A stretch of 64,000 nucleotides of DNA, taken from contig OY843751.1 in the NCBI GenBank assembly GCA_963693055.1, positions 4,608,001 to 4,672,000 of the forward strand, in the 5' to 3' direction. Origin of the DNA: a bacterium (GTDB lineage: Bacteria > Zhuqueibacterota > Zhuqueibacteria > Residuimicrobiales > Krinioviventaceae). Below are positions 41,560-51,205 of the stretch, piece by piece. The translations under genes were made by a program, and so were the position numbers. Numbering within the stretch: position 1 is the first letter of the stretch; each line of letters begins with the position of its first letter. The notes under the pieces are model-generated. The model made no database searches. It had not been told where the DNA came from and was given only the letters and a program-made list of their open reading frames with translations.

Positions 41560-42882
41560 TTACAGTCCGCTAAAATGAACCCCACTAAACAACATGGACG
41601 GCATCTTGTATGAGGAATAAGGATACGGATCATTTCCCACCTGCTCCAATTTTTGCCAGAATTCTTTAGAATTTCCGGAAATATTCATTTCATTTACAGG
41701 CTTTACAATTTTTCCGTTTTCAACCAGCAGGCCTACAATACCAAATGAAAAATCACCTGTGGTAGAATTGGAATTCCCGCCAATAAAACCAGTCACCAAA
41801 ATACCTTTATTAACATTTTTGATCATATCATCACCACTCTGATCACCATAATCAAACAAAACATTCGATGTAGAGCCTGAATTGGGTTCCCAGCCCAGTT
41901 TATTGCCATAATAATTATCTATCAAATATTCTTTCAATACACCCTTTTCAATCAAAACTCTTTTTTCTGTTTTAAGGCATTCTCCATCAAAAAGTTTAGA
42001 GCCCAAACCACGTTGAATAAATGGGTCATCAATAACAGTTAAAAGAGGTGAAGCAACCGGTTTATCTAGCATATCTTCAAGATAAGAGTTTTTTTGCTGT
42101 ATGGATTGAGCAGACATGGGCCCCAGCAGCAATCCTAATAGACGGCCCGAGGTCCGGTTTTCTACAATCATATCATATTGTCCGGATTCGATTTTGTCCT
42201 GACCTACTTTGCGTAACGCGCGTCGAACAGCATCTTTACCCAGGCCTTCAGGTTTTGTAAGGTCCTGATAATATCGGGAAACCGCCCAGGCCCAATCAGA
42301 GGGTCTGCCGCCGTTTGCATCTTTGACAGTCACTTCGGCACCGCAGTCAAACAAGGTAGATTCTGATTCACCAACAAAACCGTTGCTGCTCATCTTTAAA
42401 TTGTTATAGCGTGTATCAGAGTAACCGGCCGTAACCGAAATAATCTGATCGCTTTGCTCAAGAGCAACAGCCTCTATTGCAGAGGCAATTTCTACACGCT
42501 GCTTGGAATCGATCTTTTCATAGACAGGATCAACCAAATCCAGATTTTTATCAAGAGCTTTAGGATAATATTTTTTATCTGGCAAGGCTCTGAATTTATC
42601 CGGCGTAAGATACTTGGTACTGGCTACCGCTTCTTTTATAAAAGCTTCCAGCGAATCTTTACGCATATCATTTGTAGAATGGCTTGAATATTTCTGTTCT
42701 GTAAATATTTTTAATGACAAACCGTTCTGTGTAGACTCTTCCAGTTTTTCTAGTTTACGGTCACGGATTTCTATACCCACTTCACGCTGGTTGGAAATAG
42801 ATACCAAAGTCTCGCTTGAACCGTACTTTTTTGCCGTTTCAATAACCCATTCGGCAAGATTTATTCTTTCAGATGTTTTCAT
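41560..42882 (-). CDS. pmbA: TldE/PmbA non-catalytic subunit
   Basis: DDPF...LGSKLFDGE, NSTTGDFS, PVNEMNISGN; lacks HExxxH; follows tldD. Confidence 0.9.
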   Translation of the reverse strand: MKTSERINLAEWVIETAKKYGSSETLVSISNQREVGIEIRDRKLEKLEESTQNGLSLKIFTEQKYSSHSTNDMRKDSLEAFIKEAVASTKYLTPDKFRALPDKKYYPKALDKNLDLVDPVYEKIDSKQRVEIASAIEAVALEQSDQIISVTAGYSDTRYNNLKMSSNGFVGESESTLFDCGAEVTVKDANGGRPSDWAWAVSRYYQDLTKPEGLGKDAVRRALRKVGQDKIESGQYDMIVENRTSGRLLGLLLGPMSAQSIQQKNSYLEDMLDKPVASPLLTVIDDPFIQRGLGSKLFDGECLKTEKRVLIEKGVLKEYLIDNYYGNKLGWEPNSGSTSNVLFDYGDQSGDDMIKNVNKGILVTGFIGGNSNSTTGDFSFGIVGLLVENGKIVKPVNEMNISGNSKEFWQKLEQVGNDPYPYSSYKMPSMLFSGVHFSGL

Positions 42883-42906
42883 AATTTTAATTCCTGTTCC
42901 TTTTTT

Positions 42907-44448
42907 TTAAGAGACGCCACCAACAGTAATTTTAGAAACCTTGACTGTGGGCAGTCCCAGAGATACCGGTACACTCTGACCGTCTTTACCACAAACCCAG
43001 CCACCTCTGTCCAACTCAAAATCATCTGCCACCATGGTTATGTCCTTGAGTACCTGGGGTCCGTTGCCAATAATATTGACATCTTTGACGGGGCGTGTCA
43101 GTTTACCGTCTTCAATGAGATAACCGGACTTTACATAAAATGTAAAATCTCCGGCGCCAATAAATACCTGACCGTTGGTAAAGGATTTTGCATAAAGACC
43201 TTTTTTCACACTGCCAATGATCTCATCCTTTTTATGAGGTCCGGGCAGCATATACGTATTTCGCATTCGCGGCAGGGGCGCGTGTCTGAATGACTGCCGA
43301 CGGCCGCTTCCGGTCGGGTTTACTTTATAGTATTTTGCGCTTATACGATCATGTAGGTAGCTGCGTAAAACACCATCCTGTACAAGGAACGTCTTTTCTG
43401 TATCGTTGCCTTCATCATCTATATTAATGGAACCCCGAATATTGGGATTGGTTCCGTCATCTACTATATTGACAATGTTCTCTGCAACAGGTTTGTTAAT
43501 TTGATCTGAAAAAATTGAAATTTCTTTGCGGTTAAAATCCGCTTCCATACCATGGCCAATAGCTTCATGCAACAATATTCCGGAACCACCAGCCGCTAAA
43601 ACCACTTCCATCTCACCCGCTTCGGGTTTGACAGCCTCAAACAGTGATACGGTGCGCTCAACAGCTTCGGTTGCAAGCTCTTCAATACGGTCCGGAGTAT
43701 AAAACTCGATGCCGTACCGACCCGATAGGTTATAACCATTCTGCTCCTTTTTACCATCCTGTTCAGCTGTACAATATACTCCCATATAAGTCAGAGGCTG
43801 ATAATCATAAGCAATCTTGCCTTCTGATGTGGCAATGAGAATCTTGGACACTTCGTTAGTAAACGTAATTCGGGACTTTATAATTCGCGGATCTTTAGCA
43901 AACACCTTGTCGTTTACGGTTTGTAACAGCGGGATCTTGCGATCAATGCTAACATCCTGCCAGGATGTTTTAATAGGATAATAATTCGGGGTTTTTTGTA
44001 GATTAAATTCTACAGGCGCTATAGTCTTTGAACTGTTGGCAATATTTGCCGCTGTTTTTGCAGCCAATAGCATGGCATCTCGGGTCAATTCCTCGGTAAA
44101 GGAATAACCGGTCTGGTCTCCTTTTAACACACGAATACCCACACCCAGATCAATGTCTGAATAGGCACGATTCACAGCCTTGTCTTCAAGACCGACATAA
44201 TTGTATATCTTGTTTTGAAAATACACATCACAATAATCACCACCCATTGACATGCCGGCAGCAATGATTTCTGAAATCAGTTTTTCATCAACGCCAAACA
44301 ATGCAAAATAATCGTTCAAAGATTGGGTTTCCATAGCCATCACCTTTTCTACATCACCCGAAATGATCAGAGGAACACTCAACGAGGCCGCAGCCACCCC
44401 GGTTGCGCTGTTTTTAATAAACTCTCGTCGCGTAAATTTTGGACACAT
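42907..44448 (-). CDS. tldD: TldD metalloprotease with N-terminal twin-arginine signal
   Basis: LLHEAIGHGMEADFNRK, PRMRNT, CGKDGQSVPV; N-terminus TRREFIK followed by a hydrophobic stretch. Confidence 0.92.
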   Translation of the reverse strand: MCPKFTRREFIKNSATGVAAASLSVPLIISGDVEKVMAMETQSLNDYFALFGVDEKLISEIIAAGMSMGGDYCDVYFQNKIYNYVGLEDKAVNRAYSDIDLGVGIRVLKGDQTGYSFTEELTRDAMLLAAKTAANIANSSKTIAPVEFNLQKTPNYYPIKTSWQDVSIDRKIPLLQTVNDKVFAKDPRIIKSRITFTNEVSKILIATSEGKIAYDYQPLTYMGVYCTAEQDGKKEQNGYNLSGRYGIEFYTPDRIEELATEAVERTVSLFEAVKPEAGEMEVVLAAGGSGILLHEAIGHGMEADFNRKEISIFSDQINKPVAENIVNIVDDGTNPNIRGSINIDDEGNDTEKTFLVQDGVLRSYLHDRISAKYYKVNPTGSGRRQSFRHAPLPRMRNTYMLPGPHKKDEIIGSVKKGLYAKSFTNGQVFIGAGDFTFYVKSGYLIEDGKLTRPVKDVNIIGNGPQVLKDITMVADDFELDRGGWVCGKDGQSVPVSLGLPTVKVSKITVGGVS

Positions 44449-44518
44449 AGGCCCTCCAAATTCTGTATTCGTTACGATGCTTTCTATTTTAAATATTTAC
44501 GTAAAAACGGTCCAGGGG

Positions 44519-45658
44519 TTACAATTTGTCCCGTTTAATCAACAATCCGGTAATATTTCTTGTAATTTTATAAATCAGATCACCGGCATTCTGAATTGCT
44601 GCTTCCAATGACATTGGGCCATTGCATATTGAAAAACAACCGCTTAGCCCTGTTTCTTCCAGAGATTTTTGTGACGCGGTTACACTTCCCGCAACAGCAA
44701 TTACCGGCACGTTATATTTTCCCGCAACGTTGCAGATGCCTGCAATAGTCTTGCCAAAAACGATCTGATCATCAATCCGTCCCTCGCCGGAAATTATATA
44801 ATCCGCGTCTTGAATACGCTCCTCAAAACGGCACTCGTTCAAGACCAGTTCCACACCGGATTTTAATTCCGCATCCAAAAATGCTACCAAACCACCGCCC
44901 AGCCCACCGGCTGCGCCAGCACCCGGTATATTGCGAACATCTTTGTGCGCTTGAAGGATATTGGCAAGATGTTTCATATTTCCTTCCAGTTCATCACACA
45001 CTTCCGGTGACGCGCCTTTTTGCGGAGAATAGACATATACCGCACCATTTTCACCCAACAACGGATTGGTTACATCACAAGCGGCAGAGATGTGAATATG
45101 GTATGTATCCAGCTCCAGCCCACTGTTATCCACCCGGCTTACCCTGCCCATCAGGTGTCCGTTCATTTTTTCGGTAATTTCTTTATCTTTAGAGTCAAAA
45201 AATTTCACACCCAATGCCTGCGCCATCCCCGTACCCAGATCTGTGGTGGCCGAACCGCCAATGCCCATAATAATGCGCTTGCAGCCACGCGCTATAGCAT
45301 TACGCACAAGCTCTCCGGTACCAAAAGTAGTAGTTTTCAAAGGATTCCGTTGTTCAACCGGGACCAGCATCAATCCGCTTGCGGCAGCCATTTCAATAAT
45401 GGCAGTTTTACCATCACCCAATATGCCCCATTGCGCGTTTACAGGTTCTCCCAAAGGCCCTGTTACCATCGAGTTCTGCATAGTACCATTCGTTGCCGTA
45501 ACCAGGGTTTCTACAGTGCCTTCTCCTCCATCCGCAACGGGGATGGATTCGGTAATTATAGATGCATCCTGCGCATGGATCGCTTTTTCAATAACCGCGC
45601 ACACCTCTACAGCGGAAAGACTGTCTTTAAAAGAATCCGGCGCAATAATTATCTTCAT
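44519..45658 (-). CDS. glxK: Glycerate kinase (class I, GlxK/GarK)
   Basis: IAPDSFKDSL, ADGGEGT, IEMAAASG, GIGGSAT, PQKGA, GAAGGLG, GEGRID. Confidence 0.93.
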   Translation of the reverse strand: MKIIIAPDSFKDSLSAVEVCAVIEKAIHAQDASIITESIPVADGGEGTVETLVTATNGTMQNSMVTGPLGEPVNAQWGILGDGKTAIIEMAAASGLMLVPVEQRNPLKTTTFGTGELVRNAIARGCKRIIMGIGGSATTDLGTGMAQALGVKFFDSKDKEITEKMNGHLMGRVSRVDNSGLELDTYHIHISAACDVTNPLLGENGAVYVYSPQKGASPEVCDELEGNMKHLANILQAHKDVRNIPGAGAAGGLGGGLVAFLDAELKSGVELVLNECRFEERIQDADYIISGEGRIDDQIVFGKTIAGICNVAGKYNVPVIAVAGSVTASQKSLEETGLSGCFSICNGPMSLEAAIQNAGDLIYKITRNITGLLIKRDKL

Positions 45659-45830
45659 ATGTTATCCTCGGTTTAAAGAAAAGTTAGTGTTTTTACTGCA
45701 AATTGCAAGCAAATAATCTAAAACATTGCTTATAAACAAGATAATAACCGTAATCCTATTCAATAAAAAAAACTTGATATTTTTACTTTTTTCGCTTATA
45801 CTAAAACAGGGTCATTATAGGGGAGTAGAT

Positions 45831-46844
45831 ATGAAATTTTATTATTATATCACAATCATTGGTATTTTATTCGTTTCCTGCTGGAACAAACAAAAACATG
45901 ACATAACCCGCCCTGTTGTGCCGCATTATAATTTTTACGGTACCACTCTGGATTATGTAACCGGGGAACCGGTTCCCAATGCAACTTTAAAAGTCACCGG
46001 GCAATATATGCTTTATGATATTGAATTTCCTACCCAAATTGTACAATCTGACAGTATGGGAAATTACAGCATTGATCCCATTTACCCCGGTACTTATACC
46101 CTGAGTTTGAATATTGATGACTGCTGGTTAAATGAATTCAGGTTACAAATTGACCATGAGGACCGACTCATGGATATAAATATACCGGAAACATTTATTA
46201 CCAAAAATTTTGAAAACGATCCTACATCAATATACAGATATGTGAATGCGAGTTATCCCTGTTTCGCTATAAACAGCCTTACCGGTGTTTTACCCGTCAA
46301 AACTGTGAATAGATCAACAGGTGAAGCAAGATATTTTTTCAGCAAACTATCATTAAAATACGGAGTAGGTATATTTCGTTCCGCCCGGGAAACTGAAACG
46401 GACTTGTCTTTCACTCATCAGCTCTCTATAGGAAATGGATTATACTATACCTTTAAACATCCGGATTCTATCAAAGTATTCGATCAGGTCCAGTGCACCT
46501 TTATACAATCCATTGCAACCGGTATCAATATTAAAGATATTGCTTTTAATATATATGACAGGACCTTGTACGCCTGCACGGACTCACTCCTCTATTCTAT
46601 AGATCCAGACTCGTACGAGCCTACGGAAGTCGCTCCGCTGCCCCTGACCGGTGTGTCTTTATTTACATGGCACAGGAATACTTTATATTTACTCAAAGAT
46701 GATTTGTTATTCAGACTGGATGAGAACCTGGCAATTGACAAGGTTATGGCACTCGTAGACAAGGATTATACCAGTCAATATGTTAGCATTTACGATATGG
46801 CATTTGATGGGTACGATAATTTGTGGGTCAGCATTCAGGAATAA
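45831..46844 (+). CDS. Hypothetical lipoprotein (carboxypeptidase-regulatory-like domain plus beta-propeller-like region)
   Basis: GGGGAG SD, lipobox FVSC, TGEPVPNA...SDSMGNY, AFDGYDNLWV. Confidence 0.65.
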   Translation: MKFYYYITIIGILFVSCWNKQKHDITRPVVPHYNFYGTTLDYVTGEPVPNATLKVTGQYMLYDIEFPTQIVQSDSMGNYSIDPIYPGTYTLSLNIDDCWLNEFRLQIDHEDRLMDINIPETFITKNFENDPTSIYRYVNASYPCFAINSLTGVLPVKTVNRSTGEARYFFSKLSLKYGVGIFRSARETETDLSFTHQLSIGNGLYYTFKHPDSIKVFDQVQCTFIQSIATGINIKDIAFNIYDRTLYACTDSLLYSIDPDSYEPTEVAPLPLTGVSLFTWHRNTLYLLKDDLLFRLDENLAIDKVMALVDKDYTSQYVSIYDMAFDGYDNLWVSIQE

Positions 46845-46946
46845 AATTTTGGATATATCAAACGGATTCATATTTCCGCAAATCCTGAAATAATCCTATA
46901 ATATGTATATGTTATACAGATAACATTTAACAACAGGGGTATTTCA

Positions 46947-47900
46947 ATGCATTATGAAGCCATATCCAAAACAGAAAAGAAAAAACTGGAAAAACTGCGC
47001 GAGATCATCCACGATCATAAACTGCCGAGAAAGACACTGGACAGTAATCTTTTAATCTCTACGTTCAACATTCGCAAGTTTGGCAACAAACCACGCGAGA
47101 GCTATGCTATAAACGCTCTGGCAGAGATCTGCTCAAATTTTGATATCATTGCCATACAGGAGCTGCGCTCGAATCTGGATGATTTGGACCGCCTCATGAA
47201 AGTACTGGGTAACCATTGGAAAGCCATATTCAACGATCCTGCCGGTGAGGCCATGAATCCCGGTAACGATGAACGATTGGGATATCTTTACGACAGCCGC
47301 AAATTGACCTTTACCGGTATGGCCGCGGAATTGATGGTAACGGACGATTTCCTGAAAACCGCCGGCATTCCGGATGATCACATGAGCGTGCCCTGGCGGG
47401 TCCCCTATATGGTTTCGTTCAAGACCAGTACTTTTGATTTTGTGCTGCTGACCGTGCACATTCAGTGGAATTCCAAAGGCGGCATTACCGCCCGCTCCAA
47501 AGAGATTGAAATGATCACCAATTGGATTGGTAATCGGGTTAACAAGGCCAAGATCTATGATCCCGATATCTTTGTATTGGGAGATTTCAACATCCCTTCA
47601 ATCCGCAGCAAAACTTTTAAAGCGCTGGAAGAACACGGACTGGTGGTGCACAAAAAGCTGCGCAAAATCAAAACCAACCTGAAACAGAACGCGCATTACG
47701 ACCAGATTGCCTATTACGAACAAAACACGGATTGCGAGGTTTCAAAGGCCGGTGTGATCAATTTTTACGACGCCTTTTTCAAAGACGATATGCCAGACTC
47801 GGCATACAAGGCCCTCACTTTTCAGCTATCCGACCACCTTCCCCTCTGGGCCGAATTCAAAATCAACGAGGTTGAGCTGGACAAGTATGTGTATCAATGA
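46947..47900 (+). CDS. DNase I-like endonuclease/exonuclease/phosphatase
   Basis: FNIRKFG, IAIQE, R.PY...F, GDFN, YDQI, SDHLP. Confidence 0.88.
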   Translation: MHYEAISKTEKKKLEKLREIIHDHKLPRKTLDSNLLISTFNIRKFGNKPRESYAINALAEICSNFDIIAIQELRSNLDDLDRLMKVLGNHWKAIFNDPAGEAMNPGNDERLGYLYDSRKLTFTGMAAELMVTDDFLKTAGIPDDHMSVPWRVPYMVSFKTSTFDFVLLTVHIQWNSKGGITARSKEIEMITNWIGNRVNKAKIYDPDIFVLGDFNIPSIRSKTFKALEEHGLVVHKKLRKIKTNLKQNAHYDQIAYYEQNTDCEVSKAGVINFYDAFFKDDMPDSAYKALTFQLSDHLPLWAEFKINEVELDKYVYQ

Positions 47901-47965
47901 TAAAAAACATGAGTGGATTACAATATTTCCCCCCTCACATTGATCGCAATGCAGATCCCTTCATC

Positions 47966-48070
47966 GCGGAATATTTTACCGGGATATATATCCCGCTATA
48001 TTTCTTTTAGTACCAGGACAAATATCCTGAAAAATATTCCGCCCGGTACCCGCAATCAAGCAGATACCGG
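47966..48070. repeat. Inverted pair of REP-like hairpin units forming a multibranch structure
   Basis: GCGGAATATTTT (47966-47977) and AAAATATTCCGC (48031-48042) enclose CGGGATATATATCCCG and CAGGA-CAAATA-TCCTG; then CCGGTA...TACCGG. Confidence 0.55.
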
Positions 48071-48226
48071 ATGATCATACATTCACAAAATCTTATTTGA
48101 TGAACAAAACCTTTTCAACCAACGTCCGGTGCTCCGCATTCATTTTTACAAAATAATCATATGAGGGCAAAACTGCTGACAGTATCATCGGGCAAAAACC
48201 GCAAGAATTCGATTTGGTTTCGAATA

Positions 48227-49540
48227 TTAAAATCCTTCCCAATCTACTGCCGTATCATCCAGACGAATGGCTTCCTGGATGGCCCCCGAATACCCCGGTT
48301 TGATCAGGTTCACATAGTCCCACACAATACGCTTTACCGGAGTAACTTCAAACACCCGGCCTTTGGTAGTCTCGGTTATAAGCAGGTTTCCGTTCGCAAG
48401 CCACTGGTGCTTGCCCATAAGGTTCGAATAAAATGGTCCGTTCTCGCTCCCCTCGTACCAGACCTCAACACTGCCGTCAGTCACATCTTCTATCAGAATC
48501 CGACTTTTGCCTGCAGGACTCTCATCCGGCAGTTGATTATTATTATCATAAACGGATATATGGTTACCATCAATAAAATCGGGATCATGTTGCCGCACAT
48601 ACTTGCCGGTACTGATATATTTAATTTTCAACGTTACCGGATCAAAAACCAGTACCGTATTGATATTTCGTAACGACACCATCACATCCCCGGGTACAAA
48701 CACTCCCGGCTGCATTGAAGACGGGAAAATCTCAACATCGTTCAGATGCAAAAGGTCTCCGGTTACATTTGTATGTTCGTTATCAATATTGGACATGTTC
48801 AACAGTCCCATATAACCATTGTCTTTTAACAGCGAAAACAGTCCAATCTGTCTGAGAATCTCACCTGTATCCGGTGCAATCTTTAGTACAAGCGGTTCAA
48901 TCAGCCACGGCAACAGGTTTGGAAATCCATCTATTGGCTCATCATGATCAATCTGTCCACACACCCATATAAATCCATCTTCATCCACAAAAACCGAGTG
49001 ATGGGTACGGTGCGCCAGTTTCCAAATCACTTTACCTTGCAGGTCCATTCGCACCAGTCCCAAATGATCAAAATTAAATACTATATCGCCATTGGGCATT
49101 AATTTTATGCCGTGTATCTGGGTGCCGGGCAGGGATTTGGGAACAAACTCGTTTTTTACATGTTCACAATCCGGCCAGATTTCAAACCAGTCAATACGCC
49201 ATTGATGGACTATCTCTCCCTCAAAATCTATGCTCTTGACACTCAGAACCTTGTCCGCGTCAATAGAAGATATCAACGTCAATCCCGGCTGGACCGCTGT
49301 ACTGTCATAAACCTGAACAGGCTTGTCTAATTCGGTTTCATGAAAAAACCATGTATCCTGTCCTGTAATTTGGTCTTTAAAATCACTGGCAGTAGTAAAG
49401 GCATTTCTGATCAATGGATACGGAAAAATTTTCATTCGCTGGGTTAAAAATCCATATACAAAAAACAGAAAACACAATGAAAAGATAAATAATAAGAACG
49501 GCAGGTGTTGGAAAAATCGATTTGCGGATTTTGGAGACAA
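48227..49540 (-). CDS. Arylsulfotransferase (ASST)-family beta-propeller protein
   Basis: Membrane anchor; THHSV, DLLHLNDVE, VSLRN, QHDPD, NGNLLITE..GRVFEV. Confidence 0.8.
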   Translation of the reverse strand: MSPKSANRFFQHLPFLLFIFSLCFLFFVYGFLTQRMKIFPYPLIRNAFTTASDFKDQITGQDTWFFHETELDKPVQVYDSTAVQPGLTLISSIDADKVLSVKSIDFEGEIVHQWRIDWFEIWPDCEHVKNEFVPKSLPGTQIHGIKLMPNGDIVFNFDHLGLVRMDLQGKVIWKLAHRTHHSVFVDEDGFIWVCGQIDHDEPIDGFPNLLPWLIEPLVLKIAPDTGEILRQIGLFSLLKDNGYMGLLNMSNIDNEHTNVTGDLLHLNDVEIFPSSMQPGVFVPGDVMVSLRNINTVLVFDPVTLKIKYISTGKYVRQHDPDFIDGNHISVYDNNNQLPDESPAGKSRILIEDVTDGSVEVWYEGSENGPFYSNLMGKHQWLANGNLLITETTKGRVFEVTPVKRIVWDYVNLIKPGYSGAIQEAIRLDDTAVDWEGF

Positions 49541-49650
49541 AACATTACCTCATCATCTACTAGGAGACAATGTAACAGGTTTGACAAGAAATTGCAAGTA
49601 CAATGTAGGCGGCCTATATAAAAAAATTCACCAAAATTCGCAATTTTAGG

Positions 49651-49679
49651 TTGACCGGCTTGAATATTTTCGTTATAAT
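49651..49679 (+). promoter_or_regulatory. Sigma70-type promoter of the sulfatase operon
   Basis: TTGACC-N17-TATAAT. Confidence 0.75.
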
Positions 49680-49719
49680 TCAAAATACACATTTTACAAT
49701 TACAACCGGAGAATCCCAA

Positions 49720-51189
49720 ATGGCCAGGCAAATTAACAGACGCAGTTTTATGAAACAGACGGGTGTACTTGCGGCAGCATCCTTGACGCTCACCCATTGT
49801 TCCAAATCCAGCAAAAAACCCAATATTATTTTTGTTATGGCAGACGATCTGGGTTATGGTCACCTGGGGTGCTATGGACAAAAATATATCAAAACCCCCA
49901 ATATCGATACAATGGCAAAAGAGGGCCTCAAATTTTCTCAGGCATATTCCGGTTGTACAGTTTGCGCGCCCTCACGCAGTGCGCTCATGACCGGTACCCA
50001 CACCGGCCATACATCTGTACGAGGCAACGGCGGTGGTGCTTCGCTTCAGGCCAATGATGTTACTGTTGCACAACTGTTACAAAAATCCGGCTACAAAACC
50101 GGACTCTTTGGCAAGTGGGGCCTCGCTGATGAAGGCAAAGCAGGTATCCCTAATAAAATGGGATTTGACCAGTTCTTTGGTTACCTGCACCAATTGCACG
50201 CTCAATTCTATTATCCCGAGTTCCTTTGGAACAATGAGAAAAAACATCACCTGCCCGAAAATGCAAATTTTGGACGTAAAACCTATTCTCCCGATCTGAT
50301 CATGGAAAAAGCCTTTGAATTTGTACGTCAAAATAAAGACAATCCGTTTTTTCTCTATCTGCCTACCACCATTCCGCACCACGAGTTTATCGCTCCGGAA
50401 GAAGATTTAAAAGAGTATCGCGGCAAATTCCCCGAAGTCAAAGTAGCCCATTGGCGCGACAATTACGCTCTGCCCGAAGAACCCAAAGCCACCTTTGCGG
50501 CCATGGTCACCCATCTGGACAAACAAGTGGGTAAACTGTTTGCCTTGATACAGGAACTTGGGCTCGATGATAATACCATCATCTTTTTCACATCGGACAA
50601 TGGCGGCGCGCAGGGCCCGCTTGAAAACGCGGAATTCTTTGAAGCCAATAAATCTTTTCGCGGATACAAAAGAGATCTGTACGAAGGCGGTATCCGTATC
50701 CCCATGATTGTTCGCTGGCCGGGCAAGGTCCAATCCTCTGCCGAAACCGACCAGGTTACCTATTTCCCGGATATGCTGCCCACTTTTCTTGAGCTGGCCG
50801 GAGCAAAATCCATGGTCCCGGCAGATACGGACGGACTCTCGATTGTACCTACTATCCTGAACACTGGCGAGCAAAAACAGCACGATTTTCTCTACTGGGA
50901 AGACGCGGAATATAAACGCACCGGATCATACCTGGAAGAACCGGGCACACTCATGCAGGCCGTACGCATGGGTAACTGGAAGGGCGTTAAAAACAATCCG
51001 GGTGCGGACATTGAATTGTATGACCTCGGTAAAGATATTGAGGAAAAGAACAACATTGCCGATAAACATCCGGATGTGGTAAACAAGATCGCAAACATCA
51101 TGAAAACCGAGCACAGACAAGCTCCCCCACAAGTGGACTTGACCGTTGCCGAAGCCAAAGATCTCTATATACCCAAACCGGCGAAATAA
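49720..51189 (+). CDS. Cys-type formylglycine arylsulfatase (S1), Tat (lipo)protein
   Basis: NRRSFMK Tat motif; ADDLG, CAPSRSALMTG, GKW, SDNG, LYEGGIR; GGAG SD. Confidence 0.93.
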   Translation: MARQINRRSFMKQTGVLAAASLTLTHCSKSSKKPNIIFVMADDLGYGHLGCYGQKYIKTPNIDTMAKEGLKFSQAYSGCTVCAPSRSALMTGTHTGHTSVRGNGGGASLQANDVTVAQLLQKSGYKTGLFGKWGLADEGKAGIPNKMGFDQFFGYLHQLHAQFYYPEFLWNNEKKHHLPENANFGRKTYSPDLIMEKAFEFVRQNKDNPFFLYLPTTIPHHEFIAPEEDLKEYRGKFPEVKVAHWRDNYALPEEPKATFAAMVTHLDKQVGKLFALIQELGLDDNTIIFFTSDNGGAQGPLENAEFFEANKSFRGYKRDLYEGGIRIPMIVRWPGKVQSSAETDQVTYFPDMLPTFLELAGAKSMVPADTDGLSIVPTILNTGEQKQHDFLYWEDAEYKRTGSYLEEPGTLMQAVRMGNWKGVKNNPGADIELYDLGKDIEEKNNIADKHPDVVNKIANIMKTEHRQAPPQVDLTVAEAKDLYIPKPAK

Positions 51190-51205
51190 TACAGGACCCC
51201 AACCC

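Noticed and set aside
25567-44448. RiPP cluster (radical SAM/SPASM, peptidase, TldDE, nitroreductase)
   Set aside because: The radical SAM protein is a typical sulfatase maturase; no YcaO, precursor peptide or dedicated exporter; the genes lie in separate units
49538-49545. Possible extra frameshift at the ASST start (ATG TTTT GTC)
   Set aside because: GAGGT is well spaced for the TTG start and too close to the out-of-frame ATG, so no shift is needed
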